DNA of 64,000 nucleotides. Origin: an uncultured Anaerolineales bacterium (GTDB lineage: Bacteria; Chloroflexota; Anaerolineae; Anaerolineales; Villigracilaceae). The notes under the pieces were generated by a model. That model had not been told where the DNA came from. It did no database searches and saw only the letters and a program-made list of their open reading frames with translations. The stretch lies in contig CASGHD010000029.1 of assembly GCA_949319575.1 (NCBI GenBank), positions 2,977 to 66,976 of the forward strand, in the 5' to 3' direction. Within the stretch, counting starts at the first letter, position 1. Every line of letters begins with the position of its first letter. The position numbers were made by a program, and so were the translations under genes. Below are positions 32,398 to 41,424 of the stretch, piece after piece.

Positions 32398-32982
32398 TTA
32401 TGCAAGCGCTTTTTTGCGTTCGCGATAGAGTTCCTGATCCACTACAGATGCCATGGTCTGCACATCCATGCCGCCAAGAAACGCGCTGACCTTTTGAAGC
32501 GATTCGGTCGGGTCGTTGACCATCACGTTGTAATCGACGTACAGCGTTTCGATGTTTGCCTGCCGCACGAGCCAGCCCTTCACCTGTTTGAGGTGTTCCT
32601 CGTACGTCTTCGCCATCTTGTCGTCGGGGATGTTGTCGTCGCCTTTGCCGAGCCGCCCCAACATTTTCTTCTGGGACGACAATATTTCTTTGAGGTCGCG
32701 GCGCATGAAGACGATCTTGTACTTGAATTCAGGCGGCAGGTAGGTGATCAGCCCGGTGACGATCTTCACCACTTTGCCAACCGCTTCCGGCATCCAGGCG
32801 AGATCGCCGTCTTTCATGTTTTTGACGCGCTCGAACTCGTAATAGCCTTTCGGGTTATTCGCGTCCGCTTCGCGCAGGTTGTCGGTGAGGATCGGCAACC
32901 CGCCCGCCTCGAGCATTTTCATCATCATGGATGTGCCCGAGCGCGGCAGACCGGACACAATTACGACTGTTTTGGGATTCAT
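32398..32982 (-). CDS. PAPS-dependent sulfotransferase
   Basis: 5'-PSB loop SGLPRSGTSMMMKML and a 3'-PB-like RRDLKEILSS; 194 aa. ATGA overlap with the upstream gene. Confidence 0.8.
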   Translation of the reverse strand: MNPKTVVIVSGLPRSGTSMMMKMLEAGGLPILTDNLREADANNPKGYYEFERVKNMKDGDLAWMPEAVGKVVKIVTGLITYLPPEFKYKIVFMRRDLKEILSSQKKMLGRLGKGDDNIPDDKMAKTYEEHLKQVKGWLVRQANIETLYVDYNVMVNDPTESLQKVSAFLGGMDVQTMASVVDQELYRERKKALA

Positions 32983-34307
32983 CCATTCGCTCCTGCGATA
33001 ATATCAGCCGCTTCATGCGCGTGACGTGAAACGGATTCGCCATTCGTCAGCGCGGGGTAGATCTGCGACGTGGTGGCAAGGAAGAGATTTCCGATCGGCG
33101 TCTTCACTGCCGGGATCAAGCCCATCTCATTCAAGCCATGCAACGGTTCGACATAACGCTCCCGATGAATCAGGAAGTATCGGACGGAGGAGGCGTCAAA
33201 ACTCGGGAACATCGCCTGTAAGTTTTCCAGCCAGATCTGCTTGATCTCGTCATCGCTCTTCTTCTGCCATTCGCTGCCGGGCGCGGTGTATTTCGGCAGA
33301 TAGACCAGGTGATAGCCGCCGGCATACTTGGGGTCGATATAAGCAGTCGTCTCGATTACGCCGGTGAACGGATAACGATCGTCGGTAATATTCACCGTCC
33401 AGTTTCCTGTCAACGGGCGATCCAGCACAAGCAGAGGAGCGATGATGCCAAGATAGTCCGACTTGCCGAGATACTCATGGTAGGCGTGATCGGCGTTGGG
33501 AATCAGGCGTTGAAAAACAGGAGTCTGCATGGTGCAAACCACTTTGTCATATTTCACAACGTCATCGTTCGCCATGCGGATGCCCACTGCCTTGCCGTTC
33601 TCGACCACAATTTCCTTGACAGGCGTTTTGAGAAGCACGTTCCCGCCCGCTTCCACGATCTTGTTTGTCAGGGCTTGGATAAGGGTAATGTAGCCGCCGA
33701 TCAGATGCCCTGCCATTTCTTTTTGATTCGCGCCTTCGCGCGTGGATTTCATGCGCACGAGCCGCGACCAGATCCATGTGGCTGGCACATTATCGAAGCC
33801 GCCATCGAATTTGGCTTTCAGCATGGGTCTCCAGATATTTTGGAAGGTGGTCTTGCCGCCCCATTTCAACAACCAACTCTGAACGCTGACCGATTCGAGC
33901 GTTTTCCAATCCCTCACGAATTGCGCGGCAAGCACAGTGAGACCGAGTCGGAAGCGGTCGATCCATCCGAGAGGCGGAAACTTCAAGAATTCGATAATGT
34001 TATTCATCGGGTAAAGTCTGCCCTTGTAATAAAAGCTGGTCTTGGTTTCCTTGTACCGCAATTGGTCGTCGATGCCCAGTTCTTTGCACAGGTCACTGAG
34101 GAAACGGTCGCTGGACAAAATGGCATGGTAGAACCGATCTACCTGCGTGCCATCACCCAGCGTGATGGGACCCGCCAGCCCGCCCAATACGGGCGATGCT
34201 TCGTAAATGGTCACTTTGAGTCCCTGGCGCGAGAGGAAATAGCCGAGGCTGATTCCCATGATGCCGCCGCCGATGATGCCGATGTGTTGTTGTGATGTTT
34301 GATTCAT
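32979..34307 (-). CDS. NAD(P)/FAD-dependent oxidoreductase (amine-oxidase/protoporphyrinogen-oxidase-like fold)
   Basis: Dinucleotide-binding IGIIGGGIMGISLGYFL...IYEASPVLGG; 442 aa. Confidence 0.8.
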   Translation of the reverse strand: MNQTSQQHIGIIGGGIMGISLGYFLSRQGLKVTIYEASPVLGGLAGPITLGDGTQVDRFYHAILSSDRFLSDLCKELGIDDQLRYKETKTSFYYKGRLYPMNNIIEFLKFPPLGWIDRFRLGLTVLAAQFVRDWKTLESVSVQSWLLKWGGKTTFQNIWRPMLKAKFDGGFDNVPATWIWSRLVRMKSTREGANQKEMAGHLIGGYITLIQALTNKIVEAGGNVLLKTPVKEIVVENGKAVGIRMANDDVVKYDKVVCTMQTPVFQRLIPNADHAYHEYLGKSDYLGIIAPLLVLDRPLTGNWTVNITDDRYPFTGVIETTAYIDPKYAGGYHLVYLPKYTAPGSEWQKKSDDEIKQIWLENLQAMFPSFDASSVRYFLIHRERYVEPLHGLNEMGLIPAVKTPIGNLFLATTSQIYPALTNGESVSRHAHEAADIIAGANG

Positions 34308-34333
34308 AATCTCGAATTTTCTATAAGGGTCGA

Positions 34334-35422
34334 TTACGCCAATACGCGTTCTTCGTGGACCGACAACTGGATCTGCCCGAGGATCTCCGCAATTTTTTCA
34401 CCAGCCGCGCCATCGCCAAAGATCGGCGGCTGGGCTGAGGGCGGCGCGAATGAATTCCATTCGTGGACGATCAGTTCCACCTCCACGCCAACCAGTTTGT
34501 TCCAACCGGCTGTGACAGTCTCCGTCCATTCGGTTTCGTCGCGCAGGGTGAGGCAGGGCTTCCGCATGAAGTAGGCTTCGCGTTGCACGCCGCCAGAGTC
34601 GGTGGCGACTAGGCGCGCGTTCTCCTCCAATACCATCATGTCATAATACCCGACCGGTTCGATCAAGCGGACGTTATCGCCAAATTGCTCGTCGAGTTTG
34701 GCGAGCGCGCCGCGCGTGCGCGGATGGACGGGGAAGACCACCGTCTCGCCGACGCGGCTCAACGCGCGGACGATGTTCGTCAGGCGCGCGGGGTCGTCGG
34801 TGTTGGCGGCGCGATGGACGGTGACCAAACTGTACGAAGCGGGGGCAAGCCCCAAGTCCGAAAGAACCGTCGATTTTTTTCGCGCGAGAGGGCGGTTGGC
34901 GAGGTTCGCGTCCAGCATTACATCCCCCACCCAAAAGACATTCTTCGTGATGCCTTCGCTGGCGAGTTGCCGCACGGCGGTCTGGCTCACGCAAAAATAC
35001 GCGGAGGATAACTGATCGGCAACGAGTCGGTTGATCTCTTCGGGCATGCGACGATCGAAACTGCGCTCGCCCGCTTCAATGTGAACGGTGGGGATGTGCA
35101 GTTTGCTCGCGACGAGCGCGCCCGCCAATGTGGAGTTCGTATCGCCGCGGACGAGGACCACGTCTGGCTTTTCCTGGAGGACGATCTCCTCGAATCTCAC
35201 CAGGATTTCGGCTGTTTGCCCGGCGTGCGAGCCGGAACCCACCTCGAGGTTGTGGTCGGGCGCGGGGATGCCAAGCTCGTCGAAAAAGGTCTGCGACATT
35301 TTGTAATCGTAGTGCTGGCCGGTGTGGACGAGGATTTCGCGGTGGTGTTTGCGGAGCGCGCGGCTCACTGGCGTTGCCTGAATGAACTCGGGGCGCGCGC
35401 CGACTACGGAGATGATTTTCAT
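34334..35422 (-). CDS. wecB: UDP-N-acetylglucosamine 2-epimerase (non-hydrolysing)
   Basis: MKIISVVGARPEFIQ, HTGQHYDYKMSQTFFDELGIP, GSGSHAGQTA, DSGGVQREA. The ATG at 35422 forms an ATGA overlap with the upstream stop; the listed start at 35554 is an artefactual extension. Confidence 0.9.
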   Translation of the reverse strand: MKIISVVGARPEFIQATPVSRALRKHHREILVHTGQHYDYKMSQTFFDELGIPAPDHNLEVGSGSHAGQTAEILVRFEEIVLQEKPDVVLVRGDTNSTLAGALVASKLHIPTVHIEAGERSFDRRMPEEINRLVADQLSSAYFCVSQTAVRQLASEGITKNVFWVGDVMLDANLANRPLARKKSTVLSDLGLAPASYSLVTVHRAANTDDPARLTNIVRALSRVGETVVFPVHPRTRGALAKLDEQFGDNVRLIEPVGYYDMMVLEENARLVATDSGGVQREAYFMRKPCLTLRDETEWTETVTAGWNKLVGVEVELIVHEWNSFAPPSAQPPIFGDGAAGEKIAEILGQIQLSVHEERVLA

Positions 35423-36774
35423 GGCTCCCTCTGATATTGTTGGAGTACTTGAGGTCGTGTTTTCAAGATGCGCTGGACAAGTTCCACCAGCGCCAGCCCG
35501 GCAAACGGGATCAAGACAGCGTCTACTGGCAACCGGTAACGGATCAACGTCCATGTGAGGATATGCACGCCGGAGTAGACGATGGCAAAGAGCATCAGAA
35601 GTCCTTGCGGCGAGAAGAGCAGGTTGAGGAAATGATTCCCATGTTCAACAGCATTCTTTTTAACGCTCAGCCATATTCCGTATACCATGAACGGCAGGAA
35701 AAGCCCGAAACTGCCAATGCGGGAGATGTTGCTCAGCGTGGATGAGTCGGATGAATACCAGAAATTGAAATAAGGAGGAATGCGACTCAACGACAACAAC
35801 ACGTACCGCCCGGGGTCGTCTGTGACGAACCGGATTCCGCGTTTGAGCAGTTCCTGGTCGAGCGCCGCTTCATCGAGGTGACGGACTTCTTCGGGGATCA
35901 TTTCCTGATAGGTTTCAGTCGGCAGGATGGGGATGAATTTCATCCCGTGGATGGGATGGTTGCCCCAGAAGAAGGCATACCCTGAGTTCGTGTTGAGTAG
36001 GACAAACCTGCCAAAGCGGGAGTAGTTGTACAACGTGGCTGGCAGGATAAAGGCGATCACCAGCACGATGGAGACAAGGCTGGGGAGCAGAGGCAACTCG
36101 ACCTTGCGGCGGACGCGGACGATCCATATCCAAAGAAAGAGGAAGGGGATGAAAAGCAGGAAGACCTGCCGCAACAAGATGGTGATTCCCATCGAGATAC
36201 CAAGCGCGACGCCGAAATTGATATCCAGTTTTCGATCCAGGTTTTCAGATAATCGAATTCCGAAGAACAGGCTGAACAAAATGGCGGTGATGTAGAACGG
36301 CTCGGTCATGAGTGCCGCGCCGTAGTAGAAAAAATACACATACACGGCGGTGATGCCTGCCGCAACCAGTCCGACGGTTTTGGAAAAAAGTCTTTCACCG
36401 ATTCGAAAAGCAATATATGGATGCAATATGCCGACGATGACCGCTTGCAAAACCCGCGCGGCAAGCGGGTGCGGACCGAACAGGGTATAGATCAACGAGA
36501 GGTAGAGTGTGTAGAGAAAACTCCAATGCGCGGTGGGCGCGTCGGCAGGCGTGATGGGCCACCATAATTCGCCGAAGGAAAACCCGTGTCCGCCGATGAC
36601 GCGCAAGGCAAGGTTATGATATGACACCTGGTCGAAGATGCCGGGCAGAGCCGCCACAGTATCTCCCATTGCAAATGCTATCGCCACGCGCAAGAGCACA
36701 GCCACTGTCAGTATGAACGGCAACGGCTGCGCGACGATCGTTTGCAAAATGTTTTTGTTCGATGTTCTTGTCAT
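35419..36774 (-). CDS. GT-C fold membrane glycosyltransferase (ArnT/PMT_2-like)
   Basis: 451 aa with about 11 TM helices and the early loop motif FDQVSYHNLA. Confidence 0.7.
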   Translation of the reverse strand: MTRTSNKNILQTIVAQPLPFILTVAVLLRVAIAFAMGDTVAALPGIFDQVSYHNLALRVIGGHGFSFGELWWPITPADAPTAHWSFLYTLYLSLIYTLFGPHPLAARVLQAVIVGILHPYIAFRIGERLFSKTVGLVAAGITAVYVYFFYYGAALMTEPFYITAILFSLFFGIRLSENLDRKLDINFGVALGISMGITILLRQVFLLFIPFLFLWIWIVRVRRKVELPLLPSLVSIVLVIAFILPATLYNYSRFGRFVLLNTNSGYAFFWGNHPIHGMKFIPILPTETYQEMIPEEVRHLDEAALDQELLKRGIRFVTDDPGRYVLLSLSRIPPYFNFWYSSDSSTLSNISRIGSFGLFLPFMVYGIWLSVKKNAVEHGNHFLNLLFSPQGLLMLFAIVYSGVHILTWTLIRYRLPVDAVLIPFAGLALVELVQRILKTRPQVLQQYQREP

Positions 36775-38000
36775 GCTTCGTAAATTTTTTTCATGGCAGA
36801 GAGCGCGGCTTGCCAGTCATATCTCGTTTCTGCCAGCGCTCGTCCGTGGACGGATAGTTTTTCCTGCAACGAAGGATTCTCTAGAAGTTCGACGACCCGG
36901 CTTGCAAAATCGTCCGCCTTGTCGGCGACGATCACATCTTTTTCTAATTCGGCTTGAATGCCTTCCAGCCCGATCGTGGTAGTGACCACCGGCATGGCAT
37001 AGGCAAACGCTTCGAGGATTCTCACCCGCATCCCGCCGCCCGCGCGAACGGGGACCACCATCAACGCGCTCTCCGCCAGAGTTGGAGCCAGTTCGGGAAC
37101 ATAGCCGGTGATGTTCACGCTCCCCGAATTGCGAGCCTGAAATTCGAGAAAGTCCTGCGGCGGGTTTTTGCCAATGATGGTCAGCGTTGCCTCTGGCGTT
37201 CGTTTTTGAACCAGAGGGAAGACCTCATTGAAGAACCAGCGGATACCATCCGCATTGGGTGGGTAATGCAGGGTGCCGAGGGTGACAATATTTTTCGAGG
37301 CGGGCTTGCGCTGGATCGGCATTAATTCTTGCGTATCCACCGCGATCGGGATCGTGGATATGGGCGCAAGTTTGTCGCCGGGTTTTACCTTTGAGAAGCG
37401 CAACGCTTCTTCCAGCCCAGCCCGGTCCACATCCGTCACCGCCAGCACATGATCGACGGTCTTGAGCAATTCGCCTTCGTAACGCTTAACGCGTTTCGCC
37501 TCGACGGCAAGGATGGGTTTCAAGAACCAGCGCGCGTTTTCGCGCATCCGCTCGACAATGGACCAAACGGCATTGTGAGCATCGAAGATAACTTTCGGTT
37601 TTTTCTTCGGCGCGGCAAGAGCGGCGCGAAGCCCGAACTGAACCATTGTCAACTGGTCGGCGTGGATGAAATCGAAATCGCCGTGTCGTGCCAGATGGGT
37701 CGCTTTCTCCTGCATGGCTGGCAGATCATCGCGTTCGACGAGAAACGGGCGTCCGGTCAGGTAACTGCGGATCATGTACCCGGCATCCGCCACGCGCGAC
37801 CGGCGAATTGGCACCGCATGGACCGCCTCGCAAATTTTAGCCAGCTCGGGCAGGTGTGGCACTTCTTCTGGACGAACGAAGGAAACCAAAGTTACAGAAT
37901 GTCCCTGCCCGGCGAGGAATCGTAGGACGTGCCAGGTCTTCACCTTGGGACCCGCATCCGGTGGAAACGGCACAATTTGGGTTAAGAATAGAATGTTCAT
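36771..38000 (-). CDS. Glycosyltransferase family 4
   Basis: MNILFLTQIVPFPPDAGPKVKTWH...; the C-terminal GGGMRVRILEAFAYAMPVVTT block is GT4-type. Confidence 0.88.
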   Translation of the reverse strand: MNILFLTQIVPFPPDAGPKVKTWHVLRFLAGQGHSVTLVSFVRPEEVPHLPELAKICEAVHAVPIRRSRVADAGYMIRSYLTGRPFLVERDDLPAMQEKATHLARHGDFDFIHADQLTMVQFGLRAALAAPKKKPKVIFDAHNAVWSIVERMRENARWFLKPILAVEAKRVKRYEGELLKTVDHVLAVTDVDRAGLEEALRFSKVKPGDKLAPISTIPIAVDTQELMPIQRKPASKNIVTLGTLHYPPNADGIRWFFNEVFPLVQKRTPEATLTIIGKNPPQDFLEFQARNSGSVNITGYVPELAPTLAESALMVVPVRAGGGMRVRILEAFAYAMPVVTTTIGLEGIQAELEKDVIVADKADDFASRVVELLENPSLQEKLSVHGRALAETRYDWQAALSAMKKIYEA

Positions 38001-38019
38001 AAGGTGTGATTAAAACTTT

Positions 38020-38079
38020 GCCACAGAGTCTACAGAGATCTGAGAACTGGAACTCAGCGCGCCCTGCGACCTCTGTGGC
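38020..38079. repeat. Hairpin repeat (GCCACAGAG ... CTCTGTGGC)
   Basis: Same 9-bp stem as 10041-10083. It lies at a transcription-unit junction. Confidence 0.6.
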
Positions 38080-38104
38080 TTGAATTCAAAAAAAATGACG
38101 CTGC

Positions 38105-39061
38105 TCACTTCAAAATAAGGCACAGCGCCATCACATCGATGTTCGAGCGTAGTTCCTTCTTCGCCTGGTCGTTCTTCGATGGGACAACGAAGCCCACCAC
38201 CCACACGAGTAGTTTTAACAGGCTCATGAAGAAGAACAACAGGCGCAAGAGAAAGGCGCTTGGCAAACCATAATTCTTCTTGTAAAACATCATCTTGCCG
38301 CGATACACCATCTTGCGTCGCTTCCAGCGATCCATGCTTCTGCCGCCGAAATGAATAATGGAGGAATTCGGCAGGAACACAACCTTCCAACCTGCCTGGT
38401 TCAAACGGTATTGCAGATCCGCTTCGTCGCCGTAAATGAAATATCCCTCATCGAGTAAACCGATCTGGTCGAACGCGGCGCGTCGCACCAACAAGCACGC
38501 CGAGCTCATCCACCCGGTCTCTTTGATCTCTCGCGCGTCGCCATGCGAAGGATACCCGGTCCACAACAATTCGCCGATATGAGTCACGATCAGGAATTCC
38601 TCCAGCAGGGTCGAAAACGGCGCAAACCCCGATTGGAATGAGCCATCCGGATTCAACAGCCGCCCCGCCGTCGCGCCGGCTTCGGGGTGAGCATCCAGAT
38701 ATTCCACCAGCACATCGAGCGCGGGAGCGTTCACAAGGGTATCGTTATTGAGCAATAACACGTGACGCCCGTCCGTCGCTTCGATCCCCTGGTTGCTCGC
38801 CTTGCCCAACCCCACATTCCCCGCATTCTGGATCAACTTCACCTGCGGGTACTTCTCCGCCAACATCTGCTGACTTCCGTCCGTCGAGCCGTTATCCACC
38901 ACCACCACATCGAACGAACTCTTCAGCCCGCCTTCATAGAGGGATTTCAAACACGGGTCGAGGTACGCCTTGTTATTCCAGCACACCAGTACGATGGACA
39001 TATCCACGACTTGCGTCTCGCTTCTCTTCCGGACCTGTGGTTTGTTTTCCATACCCGGCAT
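38105..39061 (-). CDS. Glycosyltransferase family 2
   Basis: SIVLVCWNNKAYLDPCL, VVVDNGSTDGS, GDEADL. The start shares one nt with the upstream stop (TAATG). Confidence 0.85.
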   Translation of the reverse strand: MPGMENKPQVRKRSETQVVDMSIVLVCWNNKAYLDPCLKSLYEGGLKSSFDVVVVDNGSTDGSQQMLAEKYPQVKLIQNAGNVGLGKASNQGIEATDGRHVLLLNNDTLVNAPALDVLVEYLDAHPEAGATAGRLLNPDGSFQSGFAPFSTLLEEFLIVTHIGELLWTGYPSHGDAREIKETGWMSSACLLVRRAAFDQIGLLDEGYFIYGDEADLQYRLNQAGWKVVFLPNSSIIHFGGRSMDRWKRRKMVYRGKMMFYKKNYGLPSAFLLRLLFFFMSLLKLLVWVVGFVVPSKNDQAKKELRSNIDVMALCLILK

Positions 39062-39813
39062 TATTCCTCTCCCCGGTATTTCTTGTCCATTTCGGCGATC
39101 TCATCGTACGTCCCGAGGTCGATGTACGTGCCATCTTCGAGATGAACGCCTTTAAACTTCATCCCGAGCGCGATGGCATCGTTCATGATCTTAGCAAAGT
39201 CAGAGATGCCTTCCTCGAACACGCATTTGTGTATATATTCGGTGAATTTCGGCCGCCAGATGACGCATCCCCACATCTCGGTGAGGTCGGTTTGCTTCGG
39301 CTTATCGACAATCGCAACAACCCTGCCTCCATCGTTATGGCTGACCATGCCGAATTTTTCAGGGCGGTCGGTGGTGAACATGCCGAACAACACGTCATCC
39401 TGCGGTGAGGCAGCTTCATAGACCCGTTTGAAAATATCGTTTGGTTTCATGAGCGTATCTGCCATGCCGAAGAAAACAGTCTTGCCTTTGACAAGGTGAT
39501 ACGCTGAATCCAACGCGTGCGCCAGCCCCGGCGAGGTGGATTTGGTCTTGCCCTCGACCACCTCCTGAACCACATAACTGATGTCGCATCCGAAGCGCAT
39601 TCCGCTCCCGAAATATCCCATCAATTGATGTTTGGTCTCGTTGACGACAAAAACAATGTGCTTGAGACCGGCGTTGACGAGGTTATCCACCACAAATTGC
39701 GAGATCGGCTTATAGTGATTGTTGCGGATGACCGGGTACAACTCTTTTGGGTATGGCAAACCCAGCCGAACTCCCTTCCCCGCGGCGGGGATCAATCCAA
39801 TCAATTCTTCCAT
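39061..39813 (-). CDS. Sugar-1-phosphate nucleotidyltransferase (RmlA/GalU-like)
   Basis: GLIPAAGKGVRLGLPYPKEL is the G-x-G-x-R-L loop signature; 250 aa. Confidence 0.85.
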   Translation of the reverse strand: MEELIGLIPAAGKGVRLGLPYPKELYPVIRNNHYKPISQFVVDNLVNAGLKHIVFVVNETKHQLMGYFGSGMRFGCDISYVVQEVVEGKTKSTSPGLAHALDSAYHLVKGKTVFFGMADTLMKPNDIFKRVYEAASPQDDVLFGMFTTDRPEKFGMVSHNDGGRVVAIVDKPKQTDLTEMWGCVIWRPKFTEYIHKCVFEEGISDFAKIMNDAIALGMKFKGVHLEDGTYIDLGTYDEIAEMDKKYRGEE

Positions 39814-39827
39814 GCAAGCCTCCCGTA

Positions 39828-41240
39828 TTAGGTTAGTTTATTTTCCTTGCGCATTTGTTCGATGGCGATCAAGCCCCCGAAGAAGATCCACGGCAAGATG
39901 CTGGCGCGGAACCCAGCCAGCCCGATGTTATAGGCGAATGGCAACAGCCAATCCACCAGATATGCCGCCATGATGCAAGCCGCCACACCCGCCAAAACAC
40001 CGAAGGCATACGCCCGCGCAAAACCATCTTTCAGATCCCGTGACAACCTCCAGCCGAGCGTCGCCATTTCGTACAAAATCCAGACGAAGCAGACCAAGCC
40101 AGCCAGCCCGGTCTGGGCGATGATGTCTACAAACTGGCTGTGCGAGTTGAAGCGGATGTGGTATCCGCGCAGGGAAAACAAAGGGGCGTACCAGTTGTAG
40201 TTGGCGAACCCAAGCCCCAGTAGCGGGTTGGCGCGGCTAATATCCAAAACGACAACCCAGGCGTCCACGCGCGTCCCCCAACTGTATTGATCGGTGGAGA
40301 TCAAATCCTGCGCCAGGTATGCCACGCCGATCAACGCAAACGGGATGGAGGCAAAAGCAAGTTTCGGAAATTTCAATGCCACTAAAACGCCAACACCGAC
40401 CATGGCTGGCACCCAGCCCGATTTCCAATCTCGCGTTTGGATCACCGCGACGAACAACGTCAGCGCGACAAGTACATACAGAAGGATGCGGATGTTCTTT
40501 TTTAGGTCTTGATTGAACAACGCCTGAGCCAGCGGCAGGATCACCAGCCACGTCCAGAGCATGCTGTTGGCGATAAACCCCTTTTCATAGATCGCGTCGA
40601 TGCCCGACCACTCGACCACCCTGCCGAGAACATATACCATGCTCAGCGCAACGAACGTGATGACGATTGCCTTGAGCCAGCGGATATCTTTGATGATGTT
40701 CCCGGTCATCACCATCATGACAAGCGAGAAAAAATAAATGGCAAAGCCGCCCAACTGCGTGTCGAATGGCGCTTGTTGCGCGAGGGAAAACCACGAAACC
40801 TGTCCCATGCCGAACGCGACCACGGATACGATCATGAACATCACGGCAGGGCGGACAGCCGAGGACCGAACGAACTCGAACCGCCGGCGCACGACGAACA
40901 TATTCCCAATCCACAAGACCGACATGAGAACGACCAGCAAGACCGAGGCATTGAAGCCGCCAGGTCCTGAAAACGGGACAAACATTCCCGCGGGGATCAG
41001 AAAGATATATGCCGATAACGGGTAGCGAAGTAACAGCCCCAGAACAACCAGCCCCCCAATTGCCGCCAGGGCGATCACCAACACATTCACGGTTCCCCAA
41101 AATGAGGCGGCGACTGTTATCAGGATGGTTAGTAAGCCAACGCTGTATTGAAAGGTTTGCCGGGAAATCGAAATCTGCCGGTTAATAGTGAGGAATTTTA
41201 GGTTGAAATTGATGTCCATGAGTCGCGTAGAGGATGCCAT
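39828..41240 (-). CDS. O-antigen ligase/polymerase family (Wzy-like) membrane protein
   Basis: About 12 TM helices, with a late loop RFNSHSQFVDIIAQTGLAGL resembling the Wzy_C motif. Confidence 0.75.
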   Translation of the reverse strand: MASSTRLMDINFNLKFLTINRQISISRQTFQYSVGLLTILITVAASFWGTVNVLVIALAAIGGLVVLGLLLRYPLSAYIFLIPAGMFVPFSGPGGFNASVLLVVLMSVLWIGNMFVVRRRFEFVRSSAVRPAVMFMIVSVVAFGMGQVSWFSLAQQAPFDTQLGGFAIYFFSLVMMVMTGNIIKDIRWLKAIVITFVALSMVYVLGRVVEWSGIDAIYEKGFIANSMLWTWLVILPLAQALFNQDLKKNIRILLYVLVALTLFVAVIQTRDWKSGWVPAMVGVGVLVALKFPKLAFASIPFALIGVAYLAQDLISTDQYSWGTRVDAWVVVLDISRANPLLGLGFANYNWYAPLFSLRGYHIRFNSHSQFVDIIAQTGLAGLVCFVWILYEMATLGWRLSRDLKDGFARAYAFGVLAGVAACIMAAYLVDWLLPFAYNIGLAGFRASILPWIFFGGLIAIEQMRKENKLT

Positions 41241-41424
41241 TTTAACTCAATACCCAGCCACAGCAGGATAACATGCAAAAATCAATCCGTTCAGCCGCGA
41301 CTGGGTATGGAATTCGGTTGATGGATCCGTCCACAGGACGGAAATCCAGGCAAAGGGGTTACGTTCGACTCAGGGCATGTATGACAGAAAAACCAACCTT
41401 TGATCTCGTCTCTTGCGCCAGGGC

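Noticed and set aside
30813-34295. Long plus-strand ORFs 30813-31601 (262 aa), 32032-33024 (330 aa) and 33309-34295 (328 aa). Similar cases are at 48106-48861, 50016-50570 and 53732-54355.
   Set aside because: All are antisense to genes with clear family motifs (NPP, sulfotransferase, FAD oxidoreductase, GT2, GT4, ATP-grasp). ORF 32032-33024 also runs through a non-coding repeat element. They are shadow ORFs.
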